From positions 135,968,001 to 136,032,000 of the forward strand of contig NC_058368.1 in the NCBI RefSeq assembly GCF_018350175.1: 64,000 nucleotides of DNA. Direction: 5' to 3'. The notes beneath the pieces are model-generated. The model ran no database searches and had not been told where the DNA came from. It worked only from the letters and a program-made list of their open reading frames with translations. This document shows, piece by piece, positions 1-13,280 of this stretch. How positions within the stretch are numbered: position 1 is the first letter of the stretch; every line of letters starts with the position of its first letter. This DNA comes from Felis catus. Taxonomy: Eukaryota. The position numbers and the translations under genes are program-made.

Positions 1-274
1 GCTGCCACAGGACCAGCTCGCTCTTCCCTGCTTGGGTTGTTGTGTTCTTGCTTTGCCCTCCAGCAATTACTTGACCTTGGACACATTATTTACCCTTCCT
101 CTCCTTCAGTTTGCTTATTTGTGTGAGAGCTATTTGTACCTGATCTCATAGTTGTTATTAAGGTTCATGTGGGACTTAGCTACAGTCCTTGTCGGACAGT
201 AATAAGTAAGGGCTCTTATCTCCCAAAGCTGGAAGGTGATGCTTTAAACAAGCTTTTAAAAAGCAAAAAGTGAT

Positions 275-497
275 GGGGCGCCTGGGTGGCACAGTCGGTT
301 AAGCATCCGACTTCAGCCAGGTCGTGATCTCGCGGTCCGTGGGTTCGAGCCCCGCGTCGGGCTCTGGGCTGATGGCTCAGAGCCTGGAGCCTGTTTCTGA
401 TTCTGTGTCTCCCTCTCTCTCTGCCCCTCCCCCGTTCATGCTCTGTCTCTCTCTGTCCCAAAAATAAAATGAAAAAAAAAAAAAAAAAGTTGAAAAA
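275..497 (+). mobile_element. Felid CanSINE (SINEC_Fc type)
   Basis: tRNA-derived head, (CT)n tract, poly(A); TSD aaaaagcaaaaagtg. Confidence 0.9.
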
Positions 498-566
498 AAA
501 AAGCAAAAAGTGTTTTAAGAATGTATGTATCATCCCAATCCCTATATGCTTGGTCAGTGCTGGGTG

Positions 567-636
567 CTATAAATTAGGCTATGAATTTATAAACTTAGGC
601 TATAAATTAGGCTGTTATAAATTAGGCTATAAATTC
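567..636. repeat. Short imperfect tandem repeat (tataaattaggc unit, about 4-5 copies)
   Basis: Directly visible. Confidence 0.75.
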
Positions 637-716
637 TTTTGAATTCTAGACAACTGCATTAGGCTTAGCCACAACTTCATAAATAATGAACAGGTGCTTT
701 AAAAGATAGATTTACA

Positions 717-939
717 GGGGCGCCTGGGTGGCGCAGTCGGTTAAGCGTCCGACTTCAGCCAGGTCACGATCTCGCGGTCCGTGAGTTCGAGCCCCGCGTC
801 GGGCTCTGGGCTGATGGCTCAGAGCCTGGAGCCTGTTTCCGATTCTGTGTCTCCCTCTCTCTCTGCCCCTCCCCCATTCATGCTCTCTCTCTGTCCCAAA
901 AAATAAATAAACATTGAAAAACAAAAATTAAAAAAAAAA
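717..939 (+). mobile_element. Felid CanSINE (SINEC_Fc type)
   Basis: TSD aaaagatagatttaca at 701-716 and 940-955. Confidence 0.92.
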
Positions 940-1034
940 AAAAGATAGATTTACATATCAAAATAAGGACTATTAGGGACTGTTAAAAGCAGTTGTGCAG
1001 GTTTTCAGTGAGTCTTTCTCTGGAATGATTTAGG

Positions 1035-1280
1035 TTCTATCTAAAGGTATTGGAGGGGTGCCTGGGTGGTTCAATCAGTTAAGTGTCTGACTTCAGCTCA
1101 GGTCATGATCTAATAGCTCCTGAGTTCAAGCTCTGTCCTGGGCTCTGTGCTGACACCCAGAGCCTGGAGCCTGCTTCAGATTCTGTGTCTCAGTCTCTCT
1201 CTCTCTCTGTCTGCCCCTCCCCTGCTCGTGCTCTCTCTCTCAAAAATAAACATTAAAAAATAAAAATTAAAAAAAAAAAA
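1035..1280 (+). mobile_element. CanSINE
   Basis: Head, CT tract and poly(A); imperfect TSD aaaggYattgga. Confidence 0.85.
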
Positions 1281-2176
1281 AGGCATTGGAATAGGCAGGC
1301 TCACCTCTCCCATTCTCCAAAGTTGTACACCCTGAATTTCAGCTTAATAACATGGGCTGAGCTCTTCATAAATTTCTTAACTCAGTGGACTGTGTCCAGG
1401 TACCCATGGGCAAAGAACTGTTTCATTCTTCACAGTTGTCCCCGAGTTTTACTAGTTGAAACATTAGGCTAGGTTAGATCCATTTCTTTATTCTACCCAT
1501 TTGCACACAATTAGAATATTACGTCAGTCATAATTATGGCAAGAGATTATAATCCATGGATTTATGCATTTTTTGTTTTGCCTTAGTACCACTCCTACTT
1601 GAGTCAAGATCTACGAATAAAATCTATACAGTTGTTTAAATGATTCAGCCTCCTCTCCACAAATAAGCTTTAAATTTATTGGGAACTCCTGTTCTTTTCC
1701 TAGTTTTTCATTAAAAACAAAGGCCTTCCTTAGGGGATCCTGACTGGCTCAGTCAGTAAAGCATATGACTGTTGATCTCAGGGTCGTGAGTCCAAACCCC
1801 ACATTGGGTGTGGAGCCTACTTAAAAATTTTTAAAAATGCTTTTTTAATTAAAAAAAGTTGTTCCCAGACTGATGGATAGTGAACATACACAGGATATAT
1901 ACTTGGGACTTGGGGGTGTGGCCACTTGTCCCAAAGGAATGCATCCTGTCTTGGAATACGATGGCCAACGGGAGTGGAGGGAAAGAAAAAGGAAAAAGTG
2001 GAGTTAATGGAAGGGAGCATAGGGGAAAAGTAAGAAGGGCAAAGAAGAAGTCCTGAAGAGAGTCAACGATGTGGGGGATGCAAAAAATGGCACTAGGGTC
2101 AGCAGTGCTAATTTCTCCTCTCCTTTTAATTTTTTTGAAAAAAATTTATTTTATTGTTTTAAAATGTTTACTTTTG

Positions 2177-3115
2177 GAGCACCTGGGTGGCTCAGTCAAT
2201 TGAGCATGTGACTTTAGCTCAGGTCATGATCTCACAGTTCTCGAGTTTGAGTGCTGACAGCTCAGAGCCTGGAGCCCGCTTCAGATTCTGTGTCTCCCTC
2301 TCTCTCTGCCCCTCCCCCACTTGCATTCCATCTCTCTCTCAAAAATAAAATGAGACATTAAATCTTTTTTTTTAAATTTTTTTTCAACGTTTTTATTTAT
2401 TTTTGGGACAGAGAGAGACAGAGCATGAACGGGGGAGGGGCAGAGAGAGAGAGGGAGACACAGAATCGGAAACAGGCTCCAGGCTCTGAGCCATCAGCCC
2501 AGAGCCTGGCGCGGGGCTCGAACTCACGGACCGCGAGATCGTGACCTGGCTGAAGTCGGACGCTTAACCAACTGCGCCACCCAGGCGCCCTAAATCTTTT
2601 TTAAACAAAAAATAAGTAAACATTAAAAAATACTTTTAGAGAGAGAGAATCCCAAGCAGGCTTTGTGCTGTCAGCACAGAGCCCGAGAGCAGGGCTCGAA
2701 CCCATGAACTGGGAGATCATGACCTGAGGTGAGATCAAGAGTCGGACACTTTACCACCTGAGCCACACAGGCGCTCCCTTAAAGATTTTATTTTTAATCT
2801 CTACACCCAATGTGGGGCTCAAACTCACAACCCTGAGATCAAGAGTCACATGCTCTACCAACTGTGCCAACCAGTCACCCCTCTTCCTCTCCTTTTTATA
2901 ATTTTTAAAAAGTTTTTATATATTAATTTTCAGAGAGAGAGAAAGAGAGGGTGAGCAAGTGAGGGGCAGAGAGAAAGGGAGAGAGAGAGTCCCAAGCAGG
3001 CTCTGCACTGTCAGCACAGAGCCCAATGCTGGGCTTGAACTCAAGAACCCTGAAATCCTGACCTGAGCTAAACCAAGAGCCTGGTGCTCCGTAGACTGAG
3101 CCACCCGGGTGCCCC
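2177..3115. mobile_element. Cluster of nested and adjacent CanSINEs on both strands
   Basis: + SINE from 2177 with a young - SINE (about 2366-2590, TSD taaatcttttt) in its tail; further - copies at about 2640-2777, 2800-2880 and 2920-3115. Confidence 0.85.
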
Positions 3116-3554
3116 TCCCCTTTTTAAAGCCAGTACCGAAAATAAACGGTAAGGCCTTGTTTTCTGGGGGTAAGTAAAAATGCTGGTAATGGAGTTTCCC
3201 CTGTGTGATGTGTAAGCCCTGTAGGGTAGGTAAAGGTATCCCCATTTTATAGGTCAAACTTAGGTTGTGACTTGCTTGTGGTCACCCTGCTAGTGTGGCG
3301 GACGCTGATTTTAAATCCAAGTCTGTTCTTTCCACTACTATGCAGGATGCCTTGTGTTTATGTTTTTGAGGGGCCAGAACACAAGGAAAGATTTTGGTAC
3401 CAACAAAGCACCAGAGGGGAAGCATATACTGATGGGGAAGTAAAGAAGCCCCAGCACGTACAGTTCCTTTCTATTATTCCTCTCCTGTGGTAACTGTTTT
3501 CCGATGCTCTAGATGTGCCTTGCCTCTCCATTTCTCAAGTGTGGGAAATGCTAG

Positions 3555-3946
3555 AATCAACTGGAAAAAAAAAAAAAAAAGCCAACCTCAAATAGGTTAC
3601 TAAATGTATTATATGTTGTTTTGCTGAGGACCCTAGCCCAGGAAAGTGTTTCAGATGGCTCAGAACTGCTCTGAAACTTTTAGCTTTACCGGAGATTATA
3701 CATAAAAAGGGTAAGGAGTTTACACGCTTGCGAGCAGTTCTCTGATGTATAATTACGTGTCACAAGGTATAATCGTTTCGGTTGTAAAAATTAAGGTTTA
3801 TGGATTTCCACATAGACACGTGGAAAACCCTTAGGTCATCTTAATACATTGTGTTTCTAGCCTATTTGTTCAAAAATATTGGCTGTATGCCTCTGCTTAA
3901 CTGGTTTTCCTGTTCTTGTTTTGGTTTCTCCTCGAGAAGGTTGACA
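3555..3946 (-). mobile_element. Probable ERV1-type solo LTR upstream of the GTF2H2 promoter
   Basis: Termini tcaactg...gttgaca form an imperfect inverted repeat. Internal ctgaggaccctagcccagga...tcagatggctc...actgctctgaa resembles laurasiatherian ERV1 LTRs (from memory). Confidence 0.5.
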
Positions 3947-4219
3947 TCAGTCGTCTTTTTTAAAAAAAAAAATTTTAATGTTTCTTTATTTTTGAAAAGG
4001 GGAGAGGGGCAGCGAGAGAGGGAAACACAGAATCTGAAGCAGGCTCCAGGCTCTGAGCTGTCAGCACAGAGCCTGATGCGGAGCTCTACCTCACGCACCC
4101 TGAGATCATGACTTGAGGGGAAGTTGGACACCTAATCGACTGGGCCACCCAAGTGCCCCATCAGTTGCCTTTTTTAAGGTACTGCAGTTTTCGTGCACAC
4201 TGGTAATTCCATATGTATT

Positions 4220-4889
4220 AGCAGGCATCTCAAACATCTCAAACTTGTCCAAAACTGAACTGTCCTTACCACCCCTTCACCCTCTCAGTAACTACAACTC
4301 TAACCTTACAATACCTCAACTGAAAACTGGGTCTATGGATCCTAACACCCATCTGCTCTGTTGGAGCAGAATCCAACAGATTCTAGAATCCAATCTTCTC
4401 ACTAGCTGCACTGCCATACTATACTAGTTCAAACCACTAACATTCCTCCAAAACTTATTAAAATGTTCAGAGCTCCCACCAGATTTCAGCAGTGATCACT
4501 CAACCATTTCCTCACCCAGTCCCTGAAACACATCATTGTGTTTCCACCTCGGGACCTTAGCACTTGCAGTTCTCTATGTCTGGGGAGGTCTTTCTCTAGG
4601 TATCAGCATGGTTAACTCCCTTTCTCATTCTGGTCATGGCTCAACCATCTTCTCAGCGAGGGTTCCTCTGACTAGACTATTTTAAGCTGCCACCCTTTCC
4701 CCCTTCCATGCTTAATTTCTATTGGCACTATCACCATTTGATACAGTATGCTTTTCTTGATAAATACCTTCATGGTAGAAGCAAAATTCCAGGACGGCAA
4801 GGATTTGTTAGTTTTTCACTGCTATTTACTCAGTGCCTAGAACTGTCGCAGGCCCACAGTAGGTGCTCAATAATACTTGTTCCATGAAC
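4220..4889 (+). mobile_element. L2 3' fragment
   Basis: Typical L2 motifs: catctcaaacttgtccaaaactgaact ... cagtgcctagaac ... agtaggtgctcaataatacttgtt. Confidence 0.7.
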
Positions 4890-4944
4890 AGCAGGAGCAG
4901 CGGGGTCTTCCCAGAAAACCGTTGTCCAGTAAGGTTCTGGCCCA

Positions 4945-4971
4945 GCTGCTGCTGCTGCTGCTGCTGCTGCT
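4945..4971. repeat. (GCT)9 trinucleotide repeat
   Basis: Directly visible. Confidence 0.95.
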
Positions 4972-5029
4972 ATTAGAGTCATTCACGCCAACCTTTTAGA
5001 AATAATATAACAAAAATCAAGCTCGTCAG

Positions 5030-5460
5030 ATCCGGGGTAGACGGCGATCACTTTTCCCGCCTCTTTGTGACTAACCGCTGGAAGTGGGGTTAGAGGCCCT
5101 TCCTCGCACCCTAAGTCAGCTCCAGCTACGTGTCCGCCCACGAGGGTCCAGCACCAGCACCGGCTCGAAGCAACCGGAACGTTTCGTCCGTCGCCGCCGC
5201 GCACAGGGGAAAGATTTCGTCATCGTCCTTGGAGCGGACTGGGCGGGGCTTCCGGGTAGAGCGGCATTCTACGAGACCGGTGAGTCCGCGGCTAGAGCTC
5301 CTAGAGGAGCCAAGGTGGGCACCGGCTGTTTGGGGAGCGCGGCAGCTTGGAAGGCTTTCGCGTGCGGGCGCGGAGGCTGAATGGTTCCGAGCAGCCTCGT
5401 AGGGATTCGTGAGTGGGAGGGAGCGTATGGAGGGGGAGGAGGGCAACTTCCGTGTGGGAG
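5030..5460 (+). promoter_or_regulatory. GTF2H2: CpG-island promoter of GTF2H2
   Basis: Strongly CpG-rich unique sequence upstream of the CDS. GC box GGGCGGGG at 5241-5248 is adjacent to an ETS-type CTTCCGG at 5249-5255; no TATA box seen. Confidence 0.85.
5190..5279 (+). other. GTF2H2: Probable non-coding first exon of GTF2H2 (5' boundary approximate)
   Basis: Strong donor CCG|GTGAGT at 5279/5280 inside the CpG island. The ATG-containing exon begins at an acceptor (17020), so an upstream exon is required. Confidence 0.7.
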
Positions 5461-7416
5461 CTGTAAAGAAGCGTGTGGGTCTGTAGTCCAGGGAATGGCT
5501 TTCCTTCCTTAAGGCAGAACGCGAGTTTTGGGAATTGTGGTCGTGGGTCCGAGTTTGACCTACCTCCAGCTATGTGACCTCGACAGAGTTTACCAGCCTT
5601 TTGACTCTTCGAGTTCCAGGTCTGAACACAGGGCAGTGATCACCCGTGCCTGGCTCGAAGCGCTTGGCAGGGTTAGGTGTGAGTAAAAGCTTCATAAATT
5701 GGGACGTTTGGTGCAGATCTCATTTGTTTTTGGAAGCATTCTGAGCTCATGTGCCTGGAATCACACCAACAGGCTTACGCTAGGAGAAATAGCTTTTCTG
5801 GGTTTGGATTCCCATGAAACGAAACAACTTTTGGAGATGCTGACCGAAGAGGTCACTAAGTACATCTTTTGCCAGGATGCGTAACTTCTTTCTCTATGAA
5901 TAACATGCATTATAAACATCCAGCTTCCCTTGGAATATCAGCAGTTACAGGGAGCTTAATACCTCTGTAATTTCCCATTGCACACAACTCTAAGTCCTTG
6001 TATCCAGTGAGCCAGAAGTGTTCCTGTTTGCAGTCTTCTGCTTGTCAGTTCTGTTTCTCAGCTTTCAGAGAATTAAAAGTAGAAACTAAGAATAAGATAA
6101 CAGTTTAAATATTGATAGGATGGTTGGCAATAGTGACAGTTCTAAGAATTTGAGTTTGAAAACATCAAGAACACTATGTAAACTTTGATTTTTGTAATTC
6201 ACAGTAATTCAGAAACTTTGATGGAGGATCAAAATGTTCAGTTTAGTCGCCATATGCTGTTTCTACATGGACCATTAAGTTTACAAGCACCAGCATAGTG
6301 TGTTAAAATAACACAAATGTTAGAATTAAGTCACTTGTCATTATTTCATGCAGTCTACCTAGGTTCATACTATAGTAGATCACCAGATTCCATGAAACAA
6401 GTAGATCTCTTCCAATGCCAGGGAGTGATTTGTGACTTAAATGAGAGACATACAGAATTTTAGCAAATAATACCTGATAATAGCAGATGCCTCAGAAAGC
6501 ACTGATGCCACAAAAGCAGTTTGCAACTTGTCAATAGATTTTAATTCCAGAAACCCATTTATAGATCAGTTCTTTAGATCTTAAAATGTATTTTTCTATA
6601 GTGTAAGTGGAGGGGTGCCTGGGTGACTTAGTGGGTTAAATGTCCAAATTCCACTCAGGTCATGATCTCTCAGTTCATGAGTTCCATTCCCACCTGGGGC
6701 TCTGTGCTGACAGCTCAGAACCAGGAGCTTGCTTGGGATTCTGTGTCTCCCTCTCTCTCTGCCCCTCTCCTGCTCACACTCTTTCTCTCTCAAAAATAAA
6801 TAAACATTAAAAAAATTAAATATATATAATATATAGTGTGAGTGGGGTGTAAGGTCTTGCATATGATCCTGCATATGATCCTTATTACAGAAATTAATTT
6901 TTCCTCTGCCAGTGGTGGGATTTGTTTTGTCCTTAATGTCTTCTTGGCCCTTAGGATTCCTTTGATCTTTCATTTATGAAAGAAGGAAGCTGATAGTGAA
7001 AGTGTAGGGTAGGCATGGAGATTCCACTGGGGAGGAAGGGAGTGTACAAGTGACTAGGATGTTTTATTACTTGGTTATGGTTAATAGATTACCCCCCTAT
7101 TACCTGTTTTATCCCTGATTATTAAAGAAATACATGCTTATATGAAAAATAAAAAAATATGGGGATGCCTGGGTGGCCTAGTCCATTAAGCATCCAACTC
7201 TTGATTTTGACTGAGGTCATGAGCTCAGTTTGTGAGATTGAGTCCCGTGTCGGGCTCTGTGCTTTTAGCCCCCTCCATGCCCCTGCCCCCACTCGCGTGC
7301 ATGTGCTCTCACTCTTTATTTTTTTCAATAGTTGAGATAATAATATAGTTTTAATATTGTGTCCTTTTTTGAATTTTGAGCCATAAGCCTTTACCATTTA
7401 TAAATAATAAATTTCA

Positions 7417-7621
7417 GGAGTGCCTGGGTGGCTCAACTGGTTAAGCACCGACTTTGGCTCAGGCCGTGATCTCATGGTTTGTGGGTTCAAGCCCCCCATC
7501 GGGTCCTGTGCTGACGGCTTAGAGCCTGGAGCCTGCTTTGGATCCTGTGTTTCTGTCTATCTCTGCCCCTCCCCTGCTCGTGCTCTGTCTCTGTCTCAAA
7601 AATAAAATGAACATTAAAAAA
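7417..7621 (+). mobile_element. CanSINE inserted at the left TSD of the full-length L1
   Basis: TSD attataaataaYaaatttca at about 7397-7416 and 7622-7641. Confidence 0.85.
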
Positions 7622-7646
7622 ATTATAAATAACAAATTTCATTTTA

Positions 7647-8296
7647 TTTTTTATTTATTTATTTTTATTTTCTTAATTTTATTTTTTATTTTTTAAAATT
7701 TACACCCAAATTAGCATATAGTGCAACAGTGATTTCAGGAGTAGATTCCTTAGTGCCCCTTACCCATTTAGCCCATCCCCCCTCCCACAACCTCGCCAGT
7801 AACCCTCAGTTTGTTCTCCATATTTATGAGTCTCTTCTGTTTTGTCCCCCTCCCTGTTTTTATATTATTTTTGTTTCCCGTCCCTTATGTTCATCTGTTT
7901 TGTCTCTTAAAGTCCGCCTATGAGTGAAGTCATATGATATTTATCTTTCTCTAATTTCGCTTAGCATAATACCCTCCAGTTCCATCCACATAGTTGCAAA
8001 TGGCAAGATTTCATTCTTTCTGACTGCCAAGTAATACTCCATTGTATATATATATACCACATTTTCTTTGTCCATTCATCCATTGATGGACATCTGGACT
8101 CTTTCCATACTTTGGCAATTGTTGATAGTGCTGCTATAAACATGGGGGTGCATGTGTCCCTTCAAAACAGCACACCTGTATCCCTTGGATAAATGCCTAG
8201 TAGTGCAATTGCTAGGTCGTAGGGTAATTCTATTTTTAGTTTTTTGAGAAACCTCCATACTGTTTTCCAGAGTGGCTGCACCAGCTTGCATTCCCA
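7647..8296 (-). mobile_element. 5'-truncated L1 3' end inserted in the poly(A) tail of the full-length L1
   Basis: A second, different L1 3'UTR plus ORF2 C-terminus ([14 protein letters not shown]) immediately left of the host 3'UTR, which starts near 8300. Confidence 0.8.
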
Positions 8297-11200
8297 TATT
8301 TATTTATTTTTAATATGATTTATTGTCAAATTGGCTAACATACAATGTGTAAAGTGTGCTCTTGGTTTTTGGGGTAAATTCCCATGGTTCATCGCTTACA
8401 TACAACACCCAGTGCTCATCTCAGCAAGTGCCCTCCTCAATGCCCATCACCCATTTTTCCCTCTCCCTTACCCGCCCCCCCCCACATCAACCCTCAGTTT
8501 GTCCTCTGTATTTAAGAGTCTCTTATGGTTTCCCTTGGTCCCCCTCTGTTTGTAACTATTTTTCCCCCTTCCCTTCCCTTCCCCCATGGCCTTCTGTTAA
8601 GTTTCTCAAGTTCCACATATGAGTGAAAACATATGATATCTGTCTTTCTCTGACTGACTTATTTCACTTAGCATAATACCCTCCCAGTTCCATCCACATT
8701 GCTGCAAATGGCAGGATTTCATTCTTTCTCATTGCCAAGTAGTATTCCATTGTATATATAAACCACATCTTTAGCCATTCATCAATGGATGGACATTTAT
8801 GCTCTTTCTGTAATTTGGCTATTGTTGAAAGTGCTGCTATAAAAATGGTGGTACATGTGCCCCTATGAATCAGCACTCCTTTATCCTTTGGATAAATTCC
8901 TAGTAGTGCTATTGCTGGGTCATAGGGTAGTTTTATTTTTCATTTCTTGAGGAACCTTCACACTGTTTTCCAGAGCGGCTACACCAAGTTACATTCCCAG
9001 CAACAGTGCAAGAGGTTTCCCGTTTCTTCACATCCTCACCAGCATCTGTCGTTTCTTGAGTTGTTCATTTTAGCCACTCTGACCGGTGTGAGGTGGTATC
9101 TCATTGTGGTTTTGATTTGTATGTCCTTGATAATGAGTGATGTTGAGGATCTTTTCATCTGTCCATTGGCCATCTGGATATCTTCTTTGGAAAAATGTCT
9201 ATTCGTGTCTTCTGCCTGTTTCTTCACTGGATTATTTGTTTTTCGCACGTTGAGTTTGGTAAGTTCTTTATAGATTTTGGATACTTACCCTTTATCTGGT
9301 ATGTCATTTGCAAATATCTTTTCCTATTCCATAGGTTGCCTTTTAGTTTTGTTGATTGTTTCCTTTGCAGTGCAGAAGCTTTTTATCTTGATGAGGTCCC
9401 AATAGTTCATTTTTGCTTTTAATTCCCTTGCCTTTGGAGACGTGTTGAGCAAGAAGTTGCTGTAGCTGAGGTCAAAGAGGTTGTTGCCTGTTTTCTCCTG
9501 TAGGGTTTTGATGGTTTCGTCTTGCATTTAGGTCGTTCATCCATTTTGAGTTTATTATTGTGCATGGTGTAAGAAAGGGATCTTGTTTCATTCTACTGCA
9601 TGTTGCTGTCCAGTCCTCCCAGCACCATTTCCTAAAGAGACAATCTTTTTTCCATTGGATACTCTTTTCCTGCTTTGTCCAAGATTAGTTGGTCATACAT
9701 TTGCGGGGCCTATTCTGGGTTCTCTATTCTCTTCCATTGGCCTATGTGTCTGTTATTGTGCCAATACCATACTGTCTTGATAATTACAGCTTTGTAGTAG
9801 AGATTAAAGTCTGGGATTGTGATGCCTCTGCTTTGGTTTTCTTTTTCAACATTGCTTTGGCTATTAGGGGTCTTTTTTGGTTCCATACAAATTTTAGGAT
9901 TGTTTGTTTTAGCTTTGATAAGAATGCCGGTGCAATTTTGATTGGGATTGCATTGAATGTGTAGACTGCTTTGGGTAATATTGACGTTAAATAATACGTA
10001 TTCTTCCAATCCATGAGCATGGAATGTTTTTCCATTTCTTTGTGTCTTCTTCAATTTCCTTCATAAGTTTTCTATAGTTTTCAGCATACAGACCTTTTCA
10101 TCTTTGGTTAGGTTTATTCCTAGGTATTTTACAGTTTTTGGTGTAATTGTAAATGGGATTGATTTCTTGATTTCTCTTTCTGTTGTTTGATTATTGGTGT
10201 ATAGAAATGCAACTGATTTCTGTACACTGATTTTGTATCCTGTGACTTTGCAAAATTCGTGTATCAGTTCTAGCAGCTTTTTGGTGGAGTCTTTTGGGTT
10301 TTCCATGTAGAGTATCATGTTATCTGCAAAAAAGTGAAAGTTTGACTTCTTTGCCTGTTTGGTTGTCTTTCATTTCATTTTGTTGTCTGATTGCTGAGGT
10401 TAGGACTTCCGACGCTATGTTAAACAACAGTGATGAGAATGGACATCCCTGTCGTGTTCCTGATCTCAGGGGGAAAGCTTTCAGTTTTGCCCCATTGAGG
10501 ATGATATTAGCTGTGGGCTTTTCATATATAGCTTTTATAATATATAAGGTAATATAAGCATATATTAGGTATGTTCCTTCTATCCTGACTTTCTTGAGGG
10601 TTTTTATTAAGAAAGGATGCTGTAATTTTGTCAAATTCTTTTTCCACATCTATTGACAGGATCATATGGTTCTTATCCTTTCTTTTTAATGTGATGTATC
10701 ACATTGATTGATTTGCATGTATTGAACCAGCCTTGCAGCCCAGGAATGAATCCCACTTGATCATGGTGAATAGTTCTTTTGTATGCTGTTGAATTCGATT
10801 TGCTAGTATCTTGTTTAGAATTTTTGCATCCATGTTCATCAGGGATATTGGTCTGTAATTCTTTTTCGTGGGAGTCTCTGTCTGGTTTGGGAATCAGGTA
10901 ATGCTGGCTTCATAGAGTGAGTACGGAAGCTTTCCTTCTGTTTCTATTTTTTGGAACAGCTTGAGAAGGATAGGTATTAACTCTGCTTTAAATGTTTGGT
11001 AGAATTCCCCTGGGAAGCCATCTGGCCCAGGACTCTTATTTGTTGGGAGATATTTGATAACTGTTTCGATTTCTTTGCTAGTTATGGGTCTGTTCAAATG
11101 TTCTGTTTCTTCCCGTTTGAGTTTTGGTACTGTGTGGATGTCTAGGAATTTGTCCACTTCTTGCAAGTTGTCCAGTTTATTGGCATATAATTTTTCATAG

Positions 11201-13280
11201 TATTCTCTGGTAATTGCTTGTATTTCTGAGAGGTTGGTTGTAATAAGTCCAGTTTCATTCATGATTTTATCTATTTGGGTCCTCTCTTTTCTTTCCTTTT
11301 CTTTTTGAAGTTTCTTTTTTTTTTTAATTTTTGGGTTTTTTTAATATTTATTTATTGTTGAGGGAGAGAGAGACAGAGCATGAGCAGGGGAGAGGTAGAA
11401 TTCAAAGCAGGCTCCAGGCTCTGAGCTGTCATCACAGAGCTCGATGTGGGGCTTGAACTCATGAACCGTGAGATCATGACCTGAGCCAAAGTTGGATGCC
11501 CAACCAACTGAGCCACCCAGGTGCCTCTTTTCTTTTTGTGAAGTCTGGTTAGGGGTTTATCAGTTTTATTTTTTCATAAAACCATCTCTTAGTTTCATTG
11601 GTTTGTTCTACTTTTTTTTTTTTTTTTTTGATTCTATATTGTTTATTTCTGCTCTAATCTTTATTATGTCTTTTCTTCTGCTGGGTTTGGGGTTTCTTTG
11701 CTGTTCTGCTTCTAGTTCCTTTAGGTGTGCTGTTAGATTTTGTATTTGGGATTTTTCTTGTTTGTTGAGATAGACCTGGATTGCAATGTATTTTCCTCTT
11801 AGGACTGCCTTTGTTGCATCCCAAAGAATTTGGACTGTCGTGTTTTCATTTTCATTTGTTTCCATATATTTTTTAATTTTTTCTTTAATTGCCTGGTTGA
11901 CCCATTCATTCTTTAGTAGAATATTCTTTAACCTCCATGCATTTGGAGGTTTTCCAAACTTTTTCCTGTGGTTGATGTCAAGTTTCATAGCATTGTGATT
12001 TGAAAGTGTGCATGGTATGATCTCAATTCTTTTATATTTATTGAGGGCTGTTTTGTGACCCAGTATGTGATCTATCTTGGAGAATGTTCCATGTGCACTC
12101 AAGAACAATGTGTATTCTGCTGCTTTTGGATGAAAAGTTTTGAATATATCTGTTAAGTCCATCTGGTCCAGTGTGTCATTCAGGGCCATTGTTTCTTTAC
12201 TGATTTTCTGTTTAGATTTGTCCATTGTTGTAAGTGGAGTATTAAAGTCCCCTGCAATTATCACATTCTTATCAATAGGATTGCTTATGTTTGTGATTAA
12301 TTGTTTTATATATTTGGGTGCTTTCATATTGGGTGCATAAACATCTATCATTGTTAGCTCTTCTTGATGGATAGACCCTGTAATAGTGATATAATGCCCT
12401 TCTTCATCTCTTGTTACAACCTTTAGTTTAAAATCTAGTTTGTCTGATATAAGTATGGCTGCTCTAGCTTTCTTTTGACTTTGAGTAGCATGATAGATTG
12501 TTCTCCATGCCCTCACTTTCAATCTGAAGGTGTCCTCAGGTCTACAATAGGTCTCTTGTAGACAGCAAGAGAGATAGTAAAAATAGCAAAAATAGATGAG
12601 TCTTATTTTTTTATCCATTCTGATACCCTAGGTCTTTTGATTGGAGCATTTAGCCCATTTACATTCAGCATTATTATTGAAAGATAGGGATTTAGGGTCA
12701 TTGTGTTATCTGTAGGCTTCATGCTTGTGGTGATGTCTCTCGTCCTTTGTAGTCTTTGCAACATTCCACTTACAGAGTTCCCCTTAGGATGTCTTGTAGG
12801 GCTGTTTTAGTGATGATGAACTCCTTCAGTTTTTGTCTGGAGAAACCTTTATCTCTCCTTCTATTCTGAATGACAGCCTTGCTGGATAAAGGATTCTTGG
12901 CTGCATATTTTTCCTATTCAGGACATTGAATATTTCCTGTCACTCCCTTCCGGCCTACCAAGTTTCAGTAGATAAGTTTGCTACTTCCCTTATGTGCTTA
13001 CCCTTATAGGTTAAGGCCCATTTGTCCCTAGCTGCTTTCAGAATTCTCTCTTTATCTTTATACTTTGCCTGTTTCACTGTGATATGTTGTGTAGAAGATC
13101 GATTCCTGTTATGTCTGAAGGGAGTTCTCTGTGCCTCCTGGATCTCAATGTCTGTTTCCTTCCCCAGATTGGGGAAGTTCTCAGCTATGATTTGTTGAAG
13201 TACACCTTCTGCCCCTTTTTCTCTCTCTTCTTCTTCTGGAACTCCTATGATATGGATATTATTACGTTTACATTTTCATT

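Noticed and set aside
717..800. tRNA-like sequences with A and B boxes
   Set aside because: They are SINE heads followed by CT tracts, poly(A) and TSDs; no standalone tRNA gene found.
216..924. Recurrent ORFs with [35 protein letters not shown] (also at 37.4, 39.5, 51.6 and 53.4 kb)
   Set aside because: Antisense translations of CanSINE copies, not a protein family.
1..5000. Expected neighbouring gene (OCLN in other mammals) upstream of GTF2H2
   Set aside because: No recognisable exon; the region is mostly SINE, MIR, L2 and LTR sequence.
4983..5446. Overlapping ORFs in the CpG island
   Set aside because: Expected in GC-rich sequence poor in stop codons; no homology recognised.
11608..12618. 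Longest ORF (336 aa)
   Set aside because: L1 ORF2 endonuclease fragment of a frameshifted, interrupted element; not a host gene or an active L1.
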